Shown in pieces: positions 42,751 through 55,485 of a stretch of DNA of 64,000 nucleotides; position 1 is the stretch's first letter; each line of letters opens with the position of its first letter. The translations under genes and the position numbers were made by a program. The notes under the pieces are model-generated. The model did not search any database. It saw nothing but the letters and a program-made list of their open reading frames with translations, and was not told where the DNA came from. This DNA comes from an uncultured bacterium (GTDB lineage Bacteria > Bacillota > Clostridia > Oscillospirales > CAG-272), in NCBI GenBank assembly GCA_945920215.1, contig CAMEJM010000007.1, forward strand, positions 598 through 64,597, read 5' to 3'.

Positions 42751-43681
42751 TCGTTCCCGTGTACGCGCACGGGTAGTGGACGGGCTTCTGATAGCCATGA
42801 TGATCCTGCCGTTTGTCGGCTGTATCCTCCTGAAAATCCTGTTTACCCCCGCGTCCGAAGGCATTACCATCGCGGGTCCTCAGATTTACCTCACCGTTCC
42901 CATGCCGCTCCAGCCCCTCTATATCAGCGAGTCCACCGTGGTCAGCGCCGCAGTGGTGATCGCGGTCATCGGGCTGTGCCTGTACCTGACGCACGGCATC
43001 AAAGAGGTGCCCGACTCCAAGCGGCAGCTTGTCGCCGAGTTCATTGTCGAAAAGGTCACGGACTTTGTCGGAGAGAACATGGGCGCCCGTTTCATCGGCT
43101 TCGCCCCGTTTGTCACGGCGATTCTCGCGCTGTCCGCGCTGTCCAGCATGTCGTCGCTGTTCGGTCTTTATTCCCCGACCTCGGATATCAACATTGTCGC
43201 GGGCTGGGCGGTGCTTGTCTTCATTCTGATCACCCATTACAAGCTTCGCGGCGGGCTCGGCAATTATCTCAAGAGCTTCGGAGACCCCATTCCGATTTTC
43301 TATCCGTTCAACGTGATTTCGGAAATTGCCACCCCCGTCTCCATGACCTTCCGTCATTACGGCAACATTCTGTCGGGCGCGGTCATCTCCACACTGATTG
43401 CCACGGTGCTTGCAAAGCTCTCCAATCTGCTTCTGTCGCTGACGCACAATTTCTACATCGCCAATATTCCTTTTCTGCGCGTCGGGCTGCCGGCGGTGCT
43501 CTCCCTTTACTTCGACGTGTTCAGTTCGGTTTTGCAGGCGTATATCTTCGCCATGCTGACCATGCTGTTCATCTCCGGCGGTTACCCGGAGGAAGCGGTG
43601 GAAAAGCGCCGTGAAAAACGCGCGGCAAAGAAAGCGGCGAAAGAAGCGAAGAAAAGCGAAGAAGCCGCCGCGAAGCAATAA
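42743..43681 (+). CDS. atpB: F0F1 ATP synthase subunit a
   Basis: Essential Arg context TFRHYGNILSG. Lys-rich C-terminal tail. Confidence 0.9.
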   Translation: MTDRSRVRARVVDGLLIAMMILPFVGCILLKILFTPASEGITIAGPQIYLTVPMPLQPLYISESTVVSAAVVIAVIGLCLYLTHGIKEVPDSKRQLVAEFIVEKVTDFVGENMGARFIGFAPFVTAILALSALSSMSSLFGLYSPTSDINIVAGWAVLVFILITHYKLRGGLGNYLKSFGDPIPIFYPFNVISEIATPVSMTFRHYGNILSGAVISTLIATVLAKLSNLLLSLTHNFYIANIPFLRVGLPAVLSLYFDVFSSVLQAYIFAMLTMLFISGGYPEEAVEKRREKRAAKKAAKEAKKSEEAAAKQ

Positions 43682-43742
43682 CGGGGACAAGCCCCGTATT
43701 CCCTGTCTCTTATATTCATTCGTTTATCCAATTTGCAAATAA

Positions 43743-44054
<312 letters not shown>

Positions 44055-44094
44055 GTAACCCCCGGCAAAAGTCTGTTAAAAGGAGGCTCCGGCA

Positions 44095-44631
44095 GTGAAA
44101 GGACCTTTGTTCTTCGCCCTCGCGGCGGAGTATCTGGACGTTATTTACATTAACATCTGGAGTATTATTGTATCGCTTGCCAACCTGCTGATTCTGTATC
44201 TGATTCTGAAAAAACTGCTCTTCAAGCCTGTCACAAAGGTGGTTTCCGCCCGCCGGGAAAAGGTGGACGGTATGCTGCGCGAAGCACAGGAAGCCAAAGA
44301 GAAAGCCGAGCAGGATCGCGAGACCTATGCCGCGCAGCTCTCCCACGCACAGGAGGACGCCGCGGAGGTCATGCGCCGCGCCGCGCAGAGCGCCAACCGC
44401 ACGGGCGATGAAATCATCCGTGCCGCCGAGACCCGCGCGCAGGAAATGCTGAAGCGGGCGGATGAAGACATCGCGCAGGAAAAGAAAAAGGCTGTCAACG
44501 AAATGAAAGAGGAACTCTCCGGCATTTCCCTGACCATCGCCGAAAAGGTGGTGGGGCGTGAAATCAAGGAGCAGGACCACAAAAAGCTCATCGACGATTT
44601 CATCAGCGAAGTAGGTGAAGACCATGAGTGA
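44095..44631 (+). CDS. atpF: F0F1 ATP synthase subunit b
   Basis: N-terminal TM segment plus a long charged helix. GTG start 8 nt after AGGAGG. Confidence 0.85.
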   Translation: MKGPLFFALAAEYLDVIYINIWSIIVSLANLLILYLILKKLLFKPVTKVVSARREKVDGMLREAQEAKEKAEQDRETYAAQLSHAQEDAAEVMRRAAQSANRTGDEIIRAAETRAQEMLKRADEDIAQEKKKAVNEMKEELSGISLTIAEKVVGREIKEQDHKKLIDDFISEVGEDHE

Positions 44632-45160
44632 GCTGGCGCAGGAATACGCGGGCGCGCTGTTCGCGCTCTCTGAAGAAGACGGTATCTCGGACGAGCTGCG
44701 CGAGCAGGTAGCCTGCACGGCGGCGCTGTTCGCGGAAAACCGGGATCTGACGCGCCTGCTGAGCTCCCCTTCCCTGACCCTTGCGGAAAAGCAGGCGTGT
44801 GTGACGCGCGCGTTCGGCGCCGTGCACCCGCATTTGCTTCACTTTCTGCTCCTGCTGACCGAACGCGGTTACGCGCAGAGCATTCCCGCCTGTCTTGACG
44901 AATACGTCACCCTTTGGCGCCGCTCCCGCGGCGTGGCGGTGGCAGTGGCGGAAAGCGCCGTGCCGCTCACCGACAAGCAGAAAAAGGCTCTGACCGCACA
45001 GCTCTCGCACAGATACGGAAAGACCATTGAACTGATAGAGCGGGTCAACCCCGCGCTCATCGGCGGCGTGCGCGTCACCGTGGAGGGCGAGCTGCTTGAC
45101 AACAGCATCCGCGCGCGGCTTGACGGTGTGCGTGCGCGTCTTTCCGAAACCGTACTCTGA
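44624..45160 (+). CDS. atpH: F0F1 ATP synthase subunit delta (OSCP)
   Basis: YAGALFAL start and IGGVRV near the C-terminus. Confidence 0.85.
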   Translation: MSELAQEYAGALFALSEEDGISDELREQVACTAALFAENRDLTRLLSSPSLTLAEKQACVTRAFGAVHPHLLHFLLLLTERGYAQSIPACLDEYVTLWRRSRGVAVAVAESAVPLTDKQKKALTAQLSHRYGKTIELIERVNPALIGGVRVTVEGELLDNSIRARLDGVRARLSETVL

Positions 45161-45195
45161 CAATCCTTCTTAAAAGAAAAAGAAAGGAACTTCCC

Positions 45196-46712
45196 ATGAA
45201 TCTCCGTCCCGAAGAAATCAGCAGAATCATCAAGGAAGAGATCCGCAATTACTCTGTCAAAACCGAACAGGCAGAGGTCGGCACGGTCGTGCTGGTCGGC
45301 GACGGCATTGCGCGTATCTTCGGGCTTGATAACTGTATGGCAAACGAGCTGCTTGCCTTTGAGGGCGACGCCTACGGTATGGCGCTCAACCTGGAAGAAA
45401 ACGCAGTATCCGCCGTTCTGCTTTCCAATCAGAATACCATCAAGGAAGGCTCCGTCGTCCGCCGTACCGGTCAGGTGGTCAGCGTCCCCGTCGGCAAGAA
45501 TCTGCTGGGGCGCGTTGTCAACGCCTTGGGCGAACCCATCGACGGCCGCGGACCTGTCAAATACGAAACCACCCGCCCCATTGAGAGCGAGGCGCCCGGC
45601 ATCATCAAGCGCAAGAGCGTCAGCGTTCCTCTGCAAACGGGCATCAAAGCGATTGACTCCATGGTGCCGATCGGCCGCGGTCAGCGCGAGCTGATTATCG
45701 GCGACCGCCAGACGGGCAAAACCGCCATCGCGGTAGACACCATTCTCAACCAGCGCGATACCGGCGTGCTTTGCGTGTACGTTGCGATCGGACAGAAGGA
45801 ATCCACCGTTGCGCAGCTTGTGGAGACCCTGACCGCCGGCGGCGCCATGGATTACACCGTTGTGGTCAGCGCCGCCGCCTCCGAGACCGCGGCACTCCAG
45901 TATATCGCCCCTTATGCGGGCTGCGCCATCGCCGAGCATTTCATGCAGCAAGGCAAGGATGTGCTGATCGTGTATGACGATCTCTCCAAGCACGCCGTCG
46001 CTTACCGCGCCCTGTCCCTTCTGATTCGCCGTCCGCCGGGCAGAGAAGCCTATCCCGGCGACGTGTTCTATCTCCATTCCCGCCTTTTGGAGCGCGCCGC
46101 ACGGGTAGACGCCAAGTACGGCGGGGGTTCCATCACCGCCCTGCCGATCATTGAAACGCAGGCGGGCGACGTCTCCGCATATATTCCGACGAACGTCATT
46201 TCCATCACCGACGGACAGATTTATTTGGAGAGCGAGCTGTTTCACGCGGGAATCATGCCTGCCGTCAACCCCGGTATTTCCGTCTCCCGTGTCGGCGGTA
46301 ACGCGCAGACCAAGGCAATGAAAAAGGTGGCAGGCTCCCTCAAGCTTCTCTATTCCCAGTACCGTGAATTGCAGGCGTTCGCTCAGTTCGGCTCTGACCT
46401 GGACGCCGATACCAAGGCGCGTCTGGCGCAGGGCGAGCGGATTGTGGAAATCCTCAAGCAAGACAAAACCGCCCCCGTGAAGATGGAGTATCAGGTAGCG
46501 GTGATCTATGCCGCCGTGCATGATCTGCTCGCCGACATTCCCGTGGAGCAGGTACGGACATGGGAAAGCGGCTTGGGAGAATACCTGGACTCTCATGTGC
46601 CGGAGCTTCTGTTCCGTATCCGCGACACCGGGGCGCTCACAGACGAGGACGCCGCGGCGCTGGGCGAGGCGCTGACCTCCTACAACCAAGCCTTTTTGAG
46701 TGAGGTCCACGT

Positions 46713-46716
<4 letters not shown>
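45196..46716 (+). CDS. atpA: F0F1 ATP synthase subunit alpha
   Basis: GDRQTGKT Walker A; 506 aa. Confidence 0.97.
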
Positions 46717-48984
<2,268 letters not shown>

Positions 48985-48996
48985 CGGAGGTCTTTC

Positions 48997-49278
48997 ATGA
49001 ATACCTTTCATCTGGAAATCGCCGCCCCCGACGGACTTGTCTACGACGGAGATGCCTATATGGTCAGCGCGCGCGGCACGGAGGGGTCTCTTTCCGTGTT
49101 AGCGGGGCATATTCCGTTTGTCACCGCCCTGCGCGAGGGCGATTGCCGGGTCTACCGGTCGGCGAACGAAGAGCCGCGGGTCGGGCACGCCTCCGGCGGG
49201 ATTCTGACCGTCTCCGACAGCGGGGTACGCATTCTCGCCGCCGATTTCGCATGGCGCGAGGGAGAAGCCGCGCAGTAA
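48997..49278 (+). CDS. atpC: F0F1 ATP synthase subunit epsilon, short form (93 aa)
   Basis: Beta-sandwich N-domain signature (L.I..P.....G....V......G..SVLAGH.P). There is no room for the C-terminal helical hairpin. Confidence 0.85.
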   Translation: MNTFHLEIAAPDGLVYDGDAYMVSARGTEGSLSVLAGHIPFVTALREGDCRVYRSANEEPRVGHASGGILTVSDSGVRILAADFAWREGEAAQ

Positions 49279-49379
49279 CGCTTCCCGCAGGAAGCCGCGG
49301 GCAAATCGCCCGCCTGCCGTCATTGCCTTTCCAACAGAAATATGCTTTGCATTTTGCTCTCAAAAGGGGCGCAGCGTAA

Positions 49380-49628
49380 GTGGCGTAGCGAAAGGGATTG
49401 ATCGCTACGCCACAACTATATTTGCCTTGCGGCAAGCGATATGCCTTCGGCGCGATAGTTTGCTGAAAGCAAAGTGATATTTTCCCTATCGGGAAAGTGA
49501 AGGCAAATATAATATCACTTCGGCTGAAAGCCGAAATATCTCTTTCACCGCAGGTGAAAATATCTCTGTTTGCGACAGCAAACAATATAACCGTTTACAA
49601 AGTAAACGATATAACTCAAAAAGCTCAC
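49380..49628 (+). repeat. 249-bp modular multi-hairpin element, copy 2 (sense = plus, 3' of atpC)
   Basis: Reverse-complement homolog of 19452-19677 with one extra hairpin module. It has the same 12-bp capping stem and the same ATAT-type spacers. Confidence 0.85.
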
Positions 49629-49670
49629 TTCCTTGCAATGCAGGGTATCGTGAGCTTTTCTTTTTTCTTA
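49619..49670 (+). terminator. Hairpin + U-tract closing the element / atp operon
   Basis: aaaagctcac / gtgagctttt form a 10-bp stem with a 21-nt loop, followed by cTTTTTTcTTaTTc. Confidence 0.55.
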
Positions 49671-49906
49671 TTCTTGTAGAATTTCCCTAACGGGAACACC
49701 ATTGCGGACGCCCCTTTTCCTGTTGTCCGCTTTGTCCCGCTCCCCGTCTTGCGCTTCCGCGCGCGCCGCTTTGCAAAGGGAAAGGAAACAAACAGGACGG
49801 AGACGGAAAAAAGCCCTCCTTGTTTCTTTTTGTATTTCCCTTATAAAAAGAAAATTCCGGAATATACTATAACAATCAGCCAAATCGTAAAAAAGGAGGA
49901 AACCGC

Positions 49907-51127
49907 GTGATCAAAGAGAACCACCGTTTCAGATGGGCGGTGTGCCTCCTGCTGTGCTATGCCGTCCTTGCCGTGCGCGGGGTCTGTCTGTTGCCTCCCG
50001 TCCTGCGCGCCGGCGCGCAGGAGGCTGAAATCGCCATGCCGGAAGCCGAAGACAGCGCCCCCCTCCCCGACAGAGATAAACAGGGGGCGGAAACGCTTGA
50101 AGCGCGCCTGCTGCGCGGTCTTACGGCAGAGGAGAACACCATTGACCTCTCGCAATACGGGATCAACGAAGAAGAGCTGCGCGCGGCGTTTTCACGCCTG
50201 TACGCCTCGGTGCCGGAGCTGTACTTTGTCGCTTCCGCCTATTCCCTGCGCACCTGCGGAGAGCGGGTTCTGTATATGCGCCCGCAGTATCGCTTCACCG
50301 GTCAGGCGCGCCGCCGGGCGGATATGGACTTTGCCGCGCGGATCGCGGACATCACCGCCCCCGTCACCGAAACATGGAGCGCGCTTGAAAAGGTGACCTA
50401 TCTGCACGACTATATGGTCACGCACTTCGCCTACGACTATGCGTACGAGGTCTACGACCCCTATACCCTGCTCACCGAGGGGCGGGGCGTCTGTCAGGCA
50501 TACACCCTGCTGTTCTGCGCCCTGTGCCGCGCCGTGGGGGTGGATTGCGAAGCCGTGCTGTGCTTTGAAATGGAACATGAGTGGAATCAGGTGCGGATAG
50601 GCGATAATTGGTACCACGTCGACCTGACGTGGGATGAAACCGAGTTGCCCTATCTGAACCGGGTTCCCCACACCTACTTTCTGTTGGACGACGACACCCT
50701 CCGCGCACGCCGTGCGGAAGCGAGGGAGGAGTGGCAGAACGCCGCCCCGTGGACGGCGCCGCACGCCTGCGGCGACCCGCGCTTTGCAAGGACCCCTCTG
50801 TCCGACGCCTGCGGGTGCATGGCGGTCAACGGCGAGGGATTGATCTATTACGCCACGCGGCTGGAACTGCGGTGTATCAGAGCCGCGGACGGTCAGGATA
50901 CCTCGGTTTTTTCTTTTCCGTCCGAGGCGGCAGGGGACCCTTTCGTCACCGCGGTGTTTCTTGACGGCGCGGTGTACTTCAATCTGCCCGACCGCATCTG
51001 GCGCGTTTCCGCGCCGGGCGCCGTTGCCGCCCCCCTCGGCGCACCTTTGGATTCCTCCGATGGGTCGCGCTACTTCGGGCTTGCCGCCGCGGGCGGCGTG
51101 CTTGCCGCGCAAACGGCATTGCCGTAA
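49907..51127 (+). CDS. Secreted transglutaminase-like (papain-fold Cys protease superfamily) protein
   Basis: Signal-like N-terminus. The core is GRGVCQAYTLLF..EHEWNQVRIGDNWYHVDLTWDE (Cys-His-Asp arrangement). Confidence 0.75.
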   Translation: MIKENHRFRWAVCLLLCYAVLAVRGVCLLPPVLRAGAQEAEIAMPEAEDSAPLPDRDKQGAETLEARLLRGLTAEENTIDLSQYGINEEELRAAFSRLYASVPELYFVASAYSLRTCGERVLYMRPQYRFTGQARRRADMDFAARIADITAPVTETWSALEKVTYLHDYMVTHFAYDYAYEVYDPYTLLTEGRGVCQAYTLLFCALCRAVGVDCEAVLCFEMEHEWNQVRIGDNWYHVDLTWDETELPYLNRVPHTYFLLDDDTLRARRAEAREEWQNAAPWTAPHACGDPRFARTPLSDACGCMAVNGEGLIYYATRLELRCIRAADGQDTSVFSFPSEAAGDPFVTAVFLDGAVYFNLPDRIWRVSAPGAVAAPLGAPLDSSDGSRYFGLAAAGGVLAAQTALP

Positions 51128-51130
51128 GCA

Positions 51131-51165
51131 AATAAAAGAATGCGGCGCGGCGGGAACCGCCGCGC
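51131..51165 (-). terminator. Terminator for the helicase/small-protein unit
   Basis: gcgcggcgg / ccgccgcgc stem followed by ATTCTTTTATT on the minus strand. Confidence 0.6.
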
Positions 51166-51173
51166 ACGGAAAA

Positions 51174-51218
51174 GCGCAGACCGTCCCGCCTGTCCGGTCT
51201 GCGCCGATTTGTCTTTTT
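51174..51218 (+). terminator. Terminator after the transglutaminase-like gene
   Basis: gcgcagaccg / cggtctgcgc stem followed by cgaTTTgTCTTTTT. Confidence 0.7.
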
Positions 51219-51225
51219 GTATATG

Positions 51226-51546
51226 TCAGTCTGCTCCGCCGTGGGTGGAGTCCTCGGTATTTTTTTCGTCCGTTAGGCTTTCCCCCGCCTGTTGCGCCTT
51301 TTCAGAGGGGGGTTCCGTATCATTTTCGTCGCTTTCCCAGGTATCTGCCCGTTCTTCCGGCGGCAGCGGCACGGTATGGTGCGCCGCGATCAGCTGGCAC
51401 AGCAGGACAAGCCCCGCCAAAGCAAACAGAATCACCCCTACCGCGAACAGATAGTGCCCGACGGGCGCCCCCTCCCGCGGCATTCCCAGCACGTATGCAA
51501 TCAGGTCGCGAAAGGACTGCTTGAAAAACTCTCCGAAGCCTTTCAT
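51226..51546 (-). CDS. Small membrane protein (106 aa) with acidic tail, translationally coupled to the helicase
   Basis: ATGA overlap with the helicase stop. One TM segment (HYLFAVGVILFALAGLVLLCQLI). Confidence 0.5.
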   Translation of the reverse strand: MKGFGEFFKQSFRDLIAYVLGMPREGAPVGHYLFAVGVILFALAGLVLLCQLIAAHHTVPLPPEERADTWESDENDTEPPSEKAQQAGESLTDEKNTEDSTHGGAD

Positions 51547-53912
51547 GTTTTCTCCCCCCAGAACCGTCCGAGCAGGCGGGTCAGCGCCTCGCCGTCCCCG
51601 ACATAATGCAGCCCGTGCCAATGGGCGGGGATCAGCGTGCGGTACTCCGGCTCTCCCAAGCGGTCGTCAATGAGGAGCACCACCCCTCGGTCCTCATCTG
51701 TACGGATGACGCGTCCAGCCGCCTGCAATACCCGGTTCATTCCGGGATACACATAGGCATAGGCGCGCCCGGATTCATTCTTTTCATCAAAATAAGCACG
51801 GATGGCTTCGCGCTCGTCGGACAGGGTAGGCAGCCCTACCCCCACAACCACAGCGCCGATCAGGCGCCGTCCCACAAGGTCGATGCCCTCGGAGTAAATG
51901 CCGCCCATCACGCAGAAGCCCACCAGCGCGGACTTGGAATGCTCGTCAAACGCGGCGAGAAACGCCGCGCGCTCCGCGGCGCTCATGTTCTTGCTCTGCA
52001 CCAGCGTCGCCAGCTTCGGCACCGCCCTGTGCAAAGCCTCGTGAAGCAGAGTCATATAGTGATAGGAGGGGCAGAACACCATGTAGTTTCCCGGCTTCGC
52101 CTTGACGCAGGTCAGGATCGCCCTCACCACCGTCCGCACGGTGTCCTGCCGCTCGAGGTAGCGTGTGGAGATTTTGTCCATCACCGCCACGCACAGACGG
52201 CTTTCATCAAAGGGAGACGGCACATCGATGGTCATGCTGTCCCGCCGCCCGCCGAGTACCTCGCGGTAATAGGAAAGCGGCGTGAGCGTGGCGGAAAAGA
52301 GCACCGCGCTTTCCCCGAGCGACAGGCGGGCGCCCACCACCTCCGCGGGGTCGAGGCACACCGTGCGGCACTCAAAATCTCCCCCCTCGAAGCGGTAAAA
52401 GGTCACAAACCGTTCATCGTACAGCGACAGCTTGTCCAGGATATCCCGCAACTCGTAATATGCGGCGCGCAAAGGCTTTTCGCTCTCGCCGAGTCCTTGA
52501 TTGCGCCCTTGTGTGACTTCGGCAAGCTCATAGACAAGTTCGCACAGCGCGCCGTAATAGTCCTCTGGCAGTTCCCCGCTTGCCGCAAAGGCGTGTTTGG
52601 CGCCGTCGGCACCCGTCTTGACCTCTCCGTGCAGCGCACGCTTCATCATTCCCTCAAAGCAGGTGCGGAAAGCGCCCACAGCAGCCGTCAGGCGCGCCTG
52701 CCCGCGCGCGAGCAAAGCCAACGCGTCCACATAGGAAAGGGTCAGAGAGGTACCGTAAATTTTGCGCGCGCGCTCAACAAGATTGTGCGCCTCGTCAATT
52801 AAGAATGTAAAACGCCCCGGCTGGGCAAAATACCGTTTGAGAGATACGCGCGGGTCAAACAGATAGTTGTAGTCGCAAATCACGACGTCGCAGTACATAC
52901 TGTACTGTAAAGACAACTCATAGGGGCAGACGCCGTGCTTGCGCGCCGCCTCCAGAAGTTCCTTTTGCCCGATCACCGCCCGCCCGCAGGACAGGAGTTC
53001 CCGCGCCGCCGCGTCCATGCGTGAAACGGCAACGGGAGACAGAGAGCAGCGCACCCGGTCGCGGCAAAGCATTCTCTCGGGGCAGACGGTTTCCTTGGCG
53101 TTCAGGCACACGCCGCGCACCGGTGCGCCCGCCGCCGCAAATTTTTCCAGCGCCGCACGCGCGGAATCCGCAGCGGTGTTTTTCGGGGTCAGGTAAAAAA
53201 TCTTGTCGGTTGCCCCGGCGCCGAGCGCCCGCAGGGCGGGATACAGCACCGATACGGTCTTGCCGATTCCGGTCGGCGCGCAGGCGTACAGACGGCGACG
53301 GCGGCGGATGGCGGCGTACACGGTTTCCATCAACTCCTGCTGTCCCTCTCGCACCCTCTCGAACGGAAAGCGGGCGTTTTTGATAGCCGGCAGACGGCGG
53401 GATACGCGGTCTATCTCCGGCGCGGCATATACCGCCGCTTCCCTCATCACCTTTTCAAAGAACCGGGCGGGGGCGTCCTTTTTCGGCTCCTCCTCGACAA
53501 TGTGAGGCACGGGGCAATCATCGCTGACGAATATCAGCCGCAGGCGATAGTTCCCCCCGCAACTCTCGTGCAGGATGTGGGCGGCGCAATATCCTTCGCC
53601 GCGCGCCTGCGCCACCGCCGCCGCACTCGGACGGTCGGGGCGGGTGGGGACCCGCCGTATGACCGTGATCACATACCCGCTGACGTCGTCGGGCGCCGCT
53701 TCTATTTCATAGGAAATGCCGTCCCGGGAAGTCTCAAGAAAAAGGGATTGCGCTTCCCGATGAGAGGTCAACTGTAACCGTCGGCTCTCGTCCGCCGGGC
53801 AGCCGGCGCCCTCCTCCACCGCGCTGTACAGCAGGGCGGAACGGGTGCGCGCGATCGCCACAAGTTCCCCGGCGGTCATACGGATTCTTTGTGTTTTTGC
53901 ATCAAAGCGCAT
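51543..53912 (-). CDS. XPD/DinG-family (Rad3-like) ATP-dependent DNA helicase with a ~190-aa N-terminal extension
   Basis: ACAPTGIGKT Walker A, DEAHNL box, and a Cys cluster CLNAKETVCPERMLCRDRVRC (FeS-domain-like). The C-terminal helicase motifs are GGIYSEGID..VGLP and QAAGRVIR. Start chosen at ATG 53912. Confidence 0.85.
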   Translation of the reverse strand: MRFDAKTQRIRMTAGELVAIARTRSALLYSAVEEGAGCPADESRRLQLTSHREAQSLFLETSRDGISYEIEAAPDDVSGYVITVIRRVPTRPDRPSAAAVAQARGEGYCAAHILHESCGGNYRLRLIFVSDDCPVPHIVEEEPKKDAPARFFEKVMREAAVYAAPEIDRVSRRLPAIKNARFPFERVREGQQELMETVYAAIRRRRRLYACAPTGIGKTVSVLYPALRALGAGATDKIFYLTPKNTAADSARAALEKFAAAGAPVRGVCLNAKETVCPERMLCRDRVRCSLSPVAVSRMDAAARELLSCGRAVIGQKELLEAARKHGVCPYELSLQYSMYCDVVICDYNYLFDPRVSLKRYFAQPGRFTFLIDEAHNLVERARKIYGTSLTLSYVDALALLARGQARLTAAVGAFRTCFEGMMKRALHGEVKTGADGAKHAFAASGELPEDYYGALCELVYELAEVTQGRNQGLGESEKPLRAAYYELRDILDKLSLYDERFVTFYRFEGGDFECRTVCLDPAEVVGARLSLGESAVLFSATLTPLSYYREVLGGRRDSMTIDVPSPFDESRLCVAVMDKISTRYLERQDTVRTVVRAILTCVKAKPGNYMVFCPSYHYMTLLHEALHRAVPKLATLVQSKNMSAAERAAFLAAFDEHSKSALVGFCVMGGIYSEGIDLVGRRLIGAVVVGVGLPTLSDEREAIRAYFDEKNESGRAYAYVYPGMNRVLQAAGRVIRTDEDRGVVLLIDDRLGEPEYRTLIPAHWHGLHYVGDGEALTRLLGRFWGEKT

Positions 53913-54048
53913 GGGCGTTCCCCTTTCCCCGGACGGCGCGCGGCGGGTCCGATGATAATTTTTTTCAATTAGGTATTGCAATTTGGGTTTTGAGTTGGTA
54001 TAATAATCTCCGTCAGTATTACCCGCAGCCTTGTTTTGCGAAAGACAT

Positions 54049-54125
54049 GGAGGCATAGCTCAGTCGGTTAGAGCACTTGCTTCACATGCAAGGGGTCACA
54101 GGTTCGAGTCCTGTTGTCTCCACCA
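54049..54125 (+). tRNA. tRNA-Val (anticodon CAC), CCA encoded
   Basis: Hand-folded cloverleaf. Acceptor ggaggca/tgtctcc, D arm gctc..gagc, anticodon stem cttgc/gcaag with loop ttCACat, T arm acagg-ttcgagt-cctgt. Confidence 0.88.
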
Positions 54126-54158
54126 TTCTTTTTCAAAAAAGCGTCGGGGTTCTGCTTT

Positions 54159-54235
54159 GGAGGCATAGCTCAGTCGGTTAGAGTACTTGCTTGACATGCA
54201 AGGGGTCACTGGTTCGAGTCCAGTTGTCTCCACCA
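54159..54235 (+). tRNA. tRNA-Val (anticodon GAC), CCA encoded
   Basis: Same scaffold as the neighbour, with loop ttGACat and T stem cactgg/ccagtt variants. Confidence 0.88.
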
Positions 54236-54338
54236 GCCACACTCATTTGCAGCATTGCAGATGGGTGTTTTTTCTTGGCTTACACACCCCGTTATTTTAT
54301 CACAGCGGCGCCGACTTGTCAACGCGCCGGGAGGACGT

Positions 54339-55460
54339 ATGGAATACAAAAAGAAACTGGGTGGCAATCTGCTCCTGCTTGCCACCGCCATGATCTGGGG
54401 CTTCGCCTTTACCGCCCAGAAAGTCGCGGGGGATCTGCTCGCCACCTTTGTCATCAACTGCATCCGCTTCTTCATCGGCGGGCTGTTTCTGATTCCCGCC
54501 CTGTACCTCCTTGACCGCGTACGCAAAAACGGCAGGGTTCTGTTTTCGCGCAGCAATCCGCATTTCATCGACCTGACAAAAACCGAGCTGCTGTCGGGGA
54601 TTGTCTGCGGGGTGGTGCTGCTTGCCGCCACCTCCTTTCAGCAATATGGGCTGGTGCTTGCCTCTTCCGGGAAAGCCTCGTTTATGACTGCGCTGTATAT
54701 GGTGTTCGTGCCGTTCTTCGGACTGCTCCGCAAGAAAATCGCTTCCCCCAACGTATGGGCAAGCGTGGCGATTGCCGTCGGCGGCGCCTATCTGCTCACC
54801 TCCGGCGGGACCGGCGGCTTCTCCCTTTCGTCTGACGACCTGTTGCTGATCCTCTCCGCCATGACCTTTGCCCTGCATATCACGGTCATTGATATCTTTG
54901 CGGGCAAGGTGGACGGCGTGCGGATGTCCATGGTGCAGTTCCTGACCGCGGGGGTTCTGAGCCTGCCGCTCATGTTCTTCGGTCCGCTTCCGTCCGGCGC
55001 GGTACTCCTGCAGGCGCTTCCCTCCCTGCTCTTCCTCGGCATCGGCTCCAGCGGTATCGCCTACACCTCGCAGGTGGTCGGGCAGCAGCTCTCCGGCACG
55101 CCCACCATTGCCTCTCTGATCATGTCTCTGGAATCGGTTTTCGGCGCCGTCGGCGGCGCGCTGATCCTGCATGAGACCATGAACGGGTATCAGATAGCCG
55201 GCTGTGCCGTCATTCTCTTCGCCGTGATATTCTCGCAGCTCCCCTTGGACGTATGGTGGAAGCGCGTCTCCCGCCGCCCCGCGGGACAAAGTACTCCGGC
55301 GGCGGAAGCCGCCTCTGCCGCCCCCGCTCCCGCCGCGCCTGTCGCCACCGGCAGCCCGGTAAACGTCATGCCCCCCGCCGCAGAGATGGAAACCGCAGAG
55401 TTGCCGGAAGCGGCGCCCGAAGCGGAAAAGACGGACGCCAACGGCTCGGAACTCCGCTGA
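54339..55460 (+). CDS. DMT-superfamily (EamA-type) transporter
   Basis: About 10 TM segments. MIWGFAFTAQK start. Ala/Pro-rich C-terminal tail. GGGAGGA SD. Confidence 0.85.
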   Translation: MEYKKKLGGNLLLLATAMIWGFAFTAQKVAGDLLATFVINCIRFFIGGLFLIPALYLLDRVRKNGRVLFSRSNPHFIDLTKTELLSGIVCGVVLLAATSFQQYGLVLASSGKASFMTALYMVFVPFFGLLRKKIASPNVWASVAIAVGGAYLLTSGGTGGFSLSSDDLLLILSAMTFALHITVIDIFAGKVDGVRMSMVQFLTAGVLSLPLMFFGPLPSGAVLLQALPSLLFLGIGSSGIAYTSQVVGQQLSGTPTIASLIMSLESVFGAVGGALILHETMNGYQIAGCAVILFAVIFSQLPLDVWWKRVSRRPAGQSTPAAEAASAAPAPAAPVATGSPVNVMPPAAEMETAELPEAAPEAEKTDANGSELR

Positions 55461-55485
55461 GAGCCCCCATCGGAATCAAGCGGCA

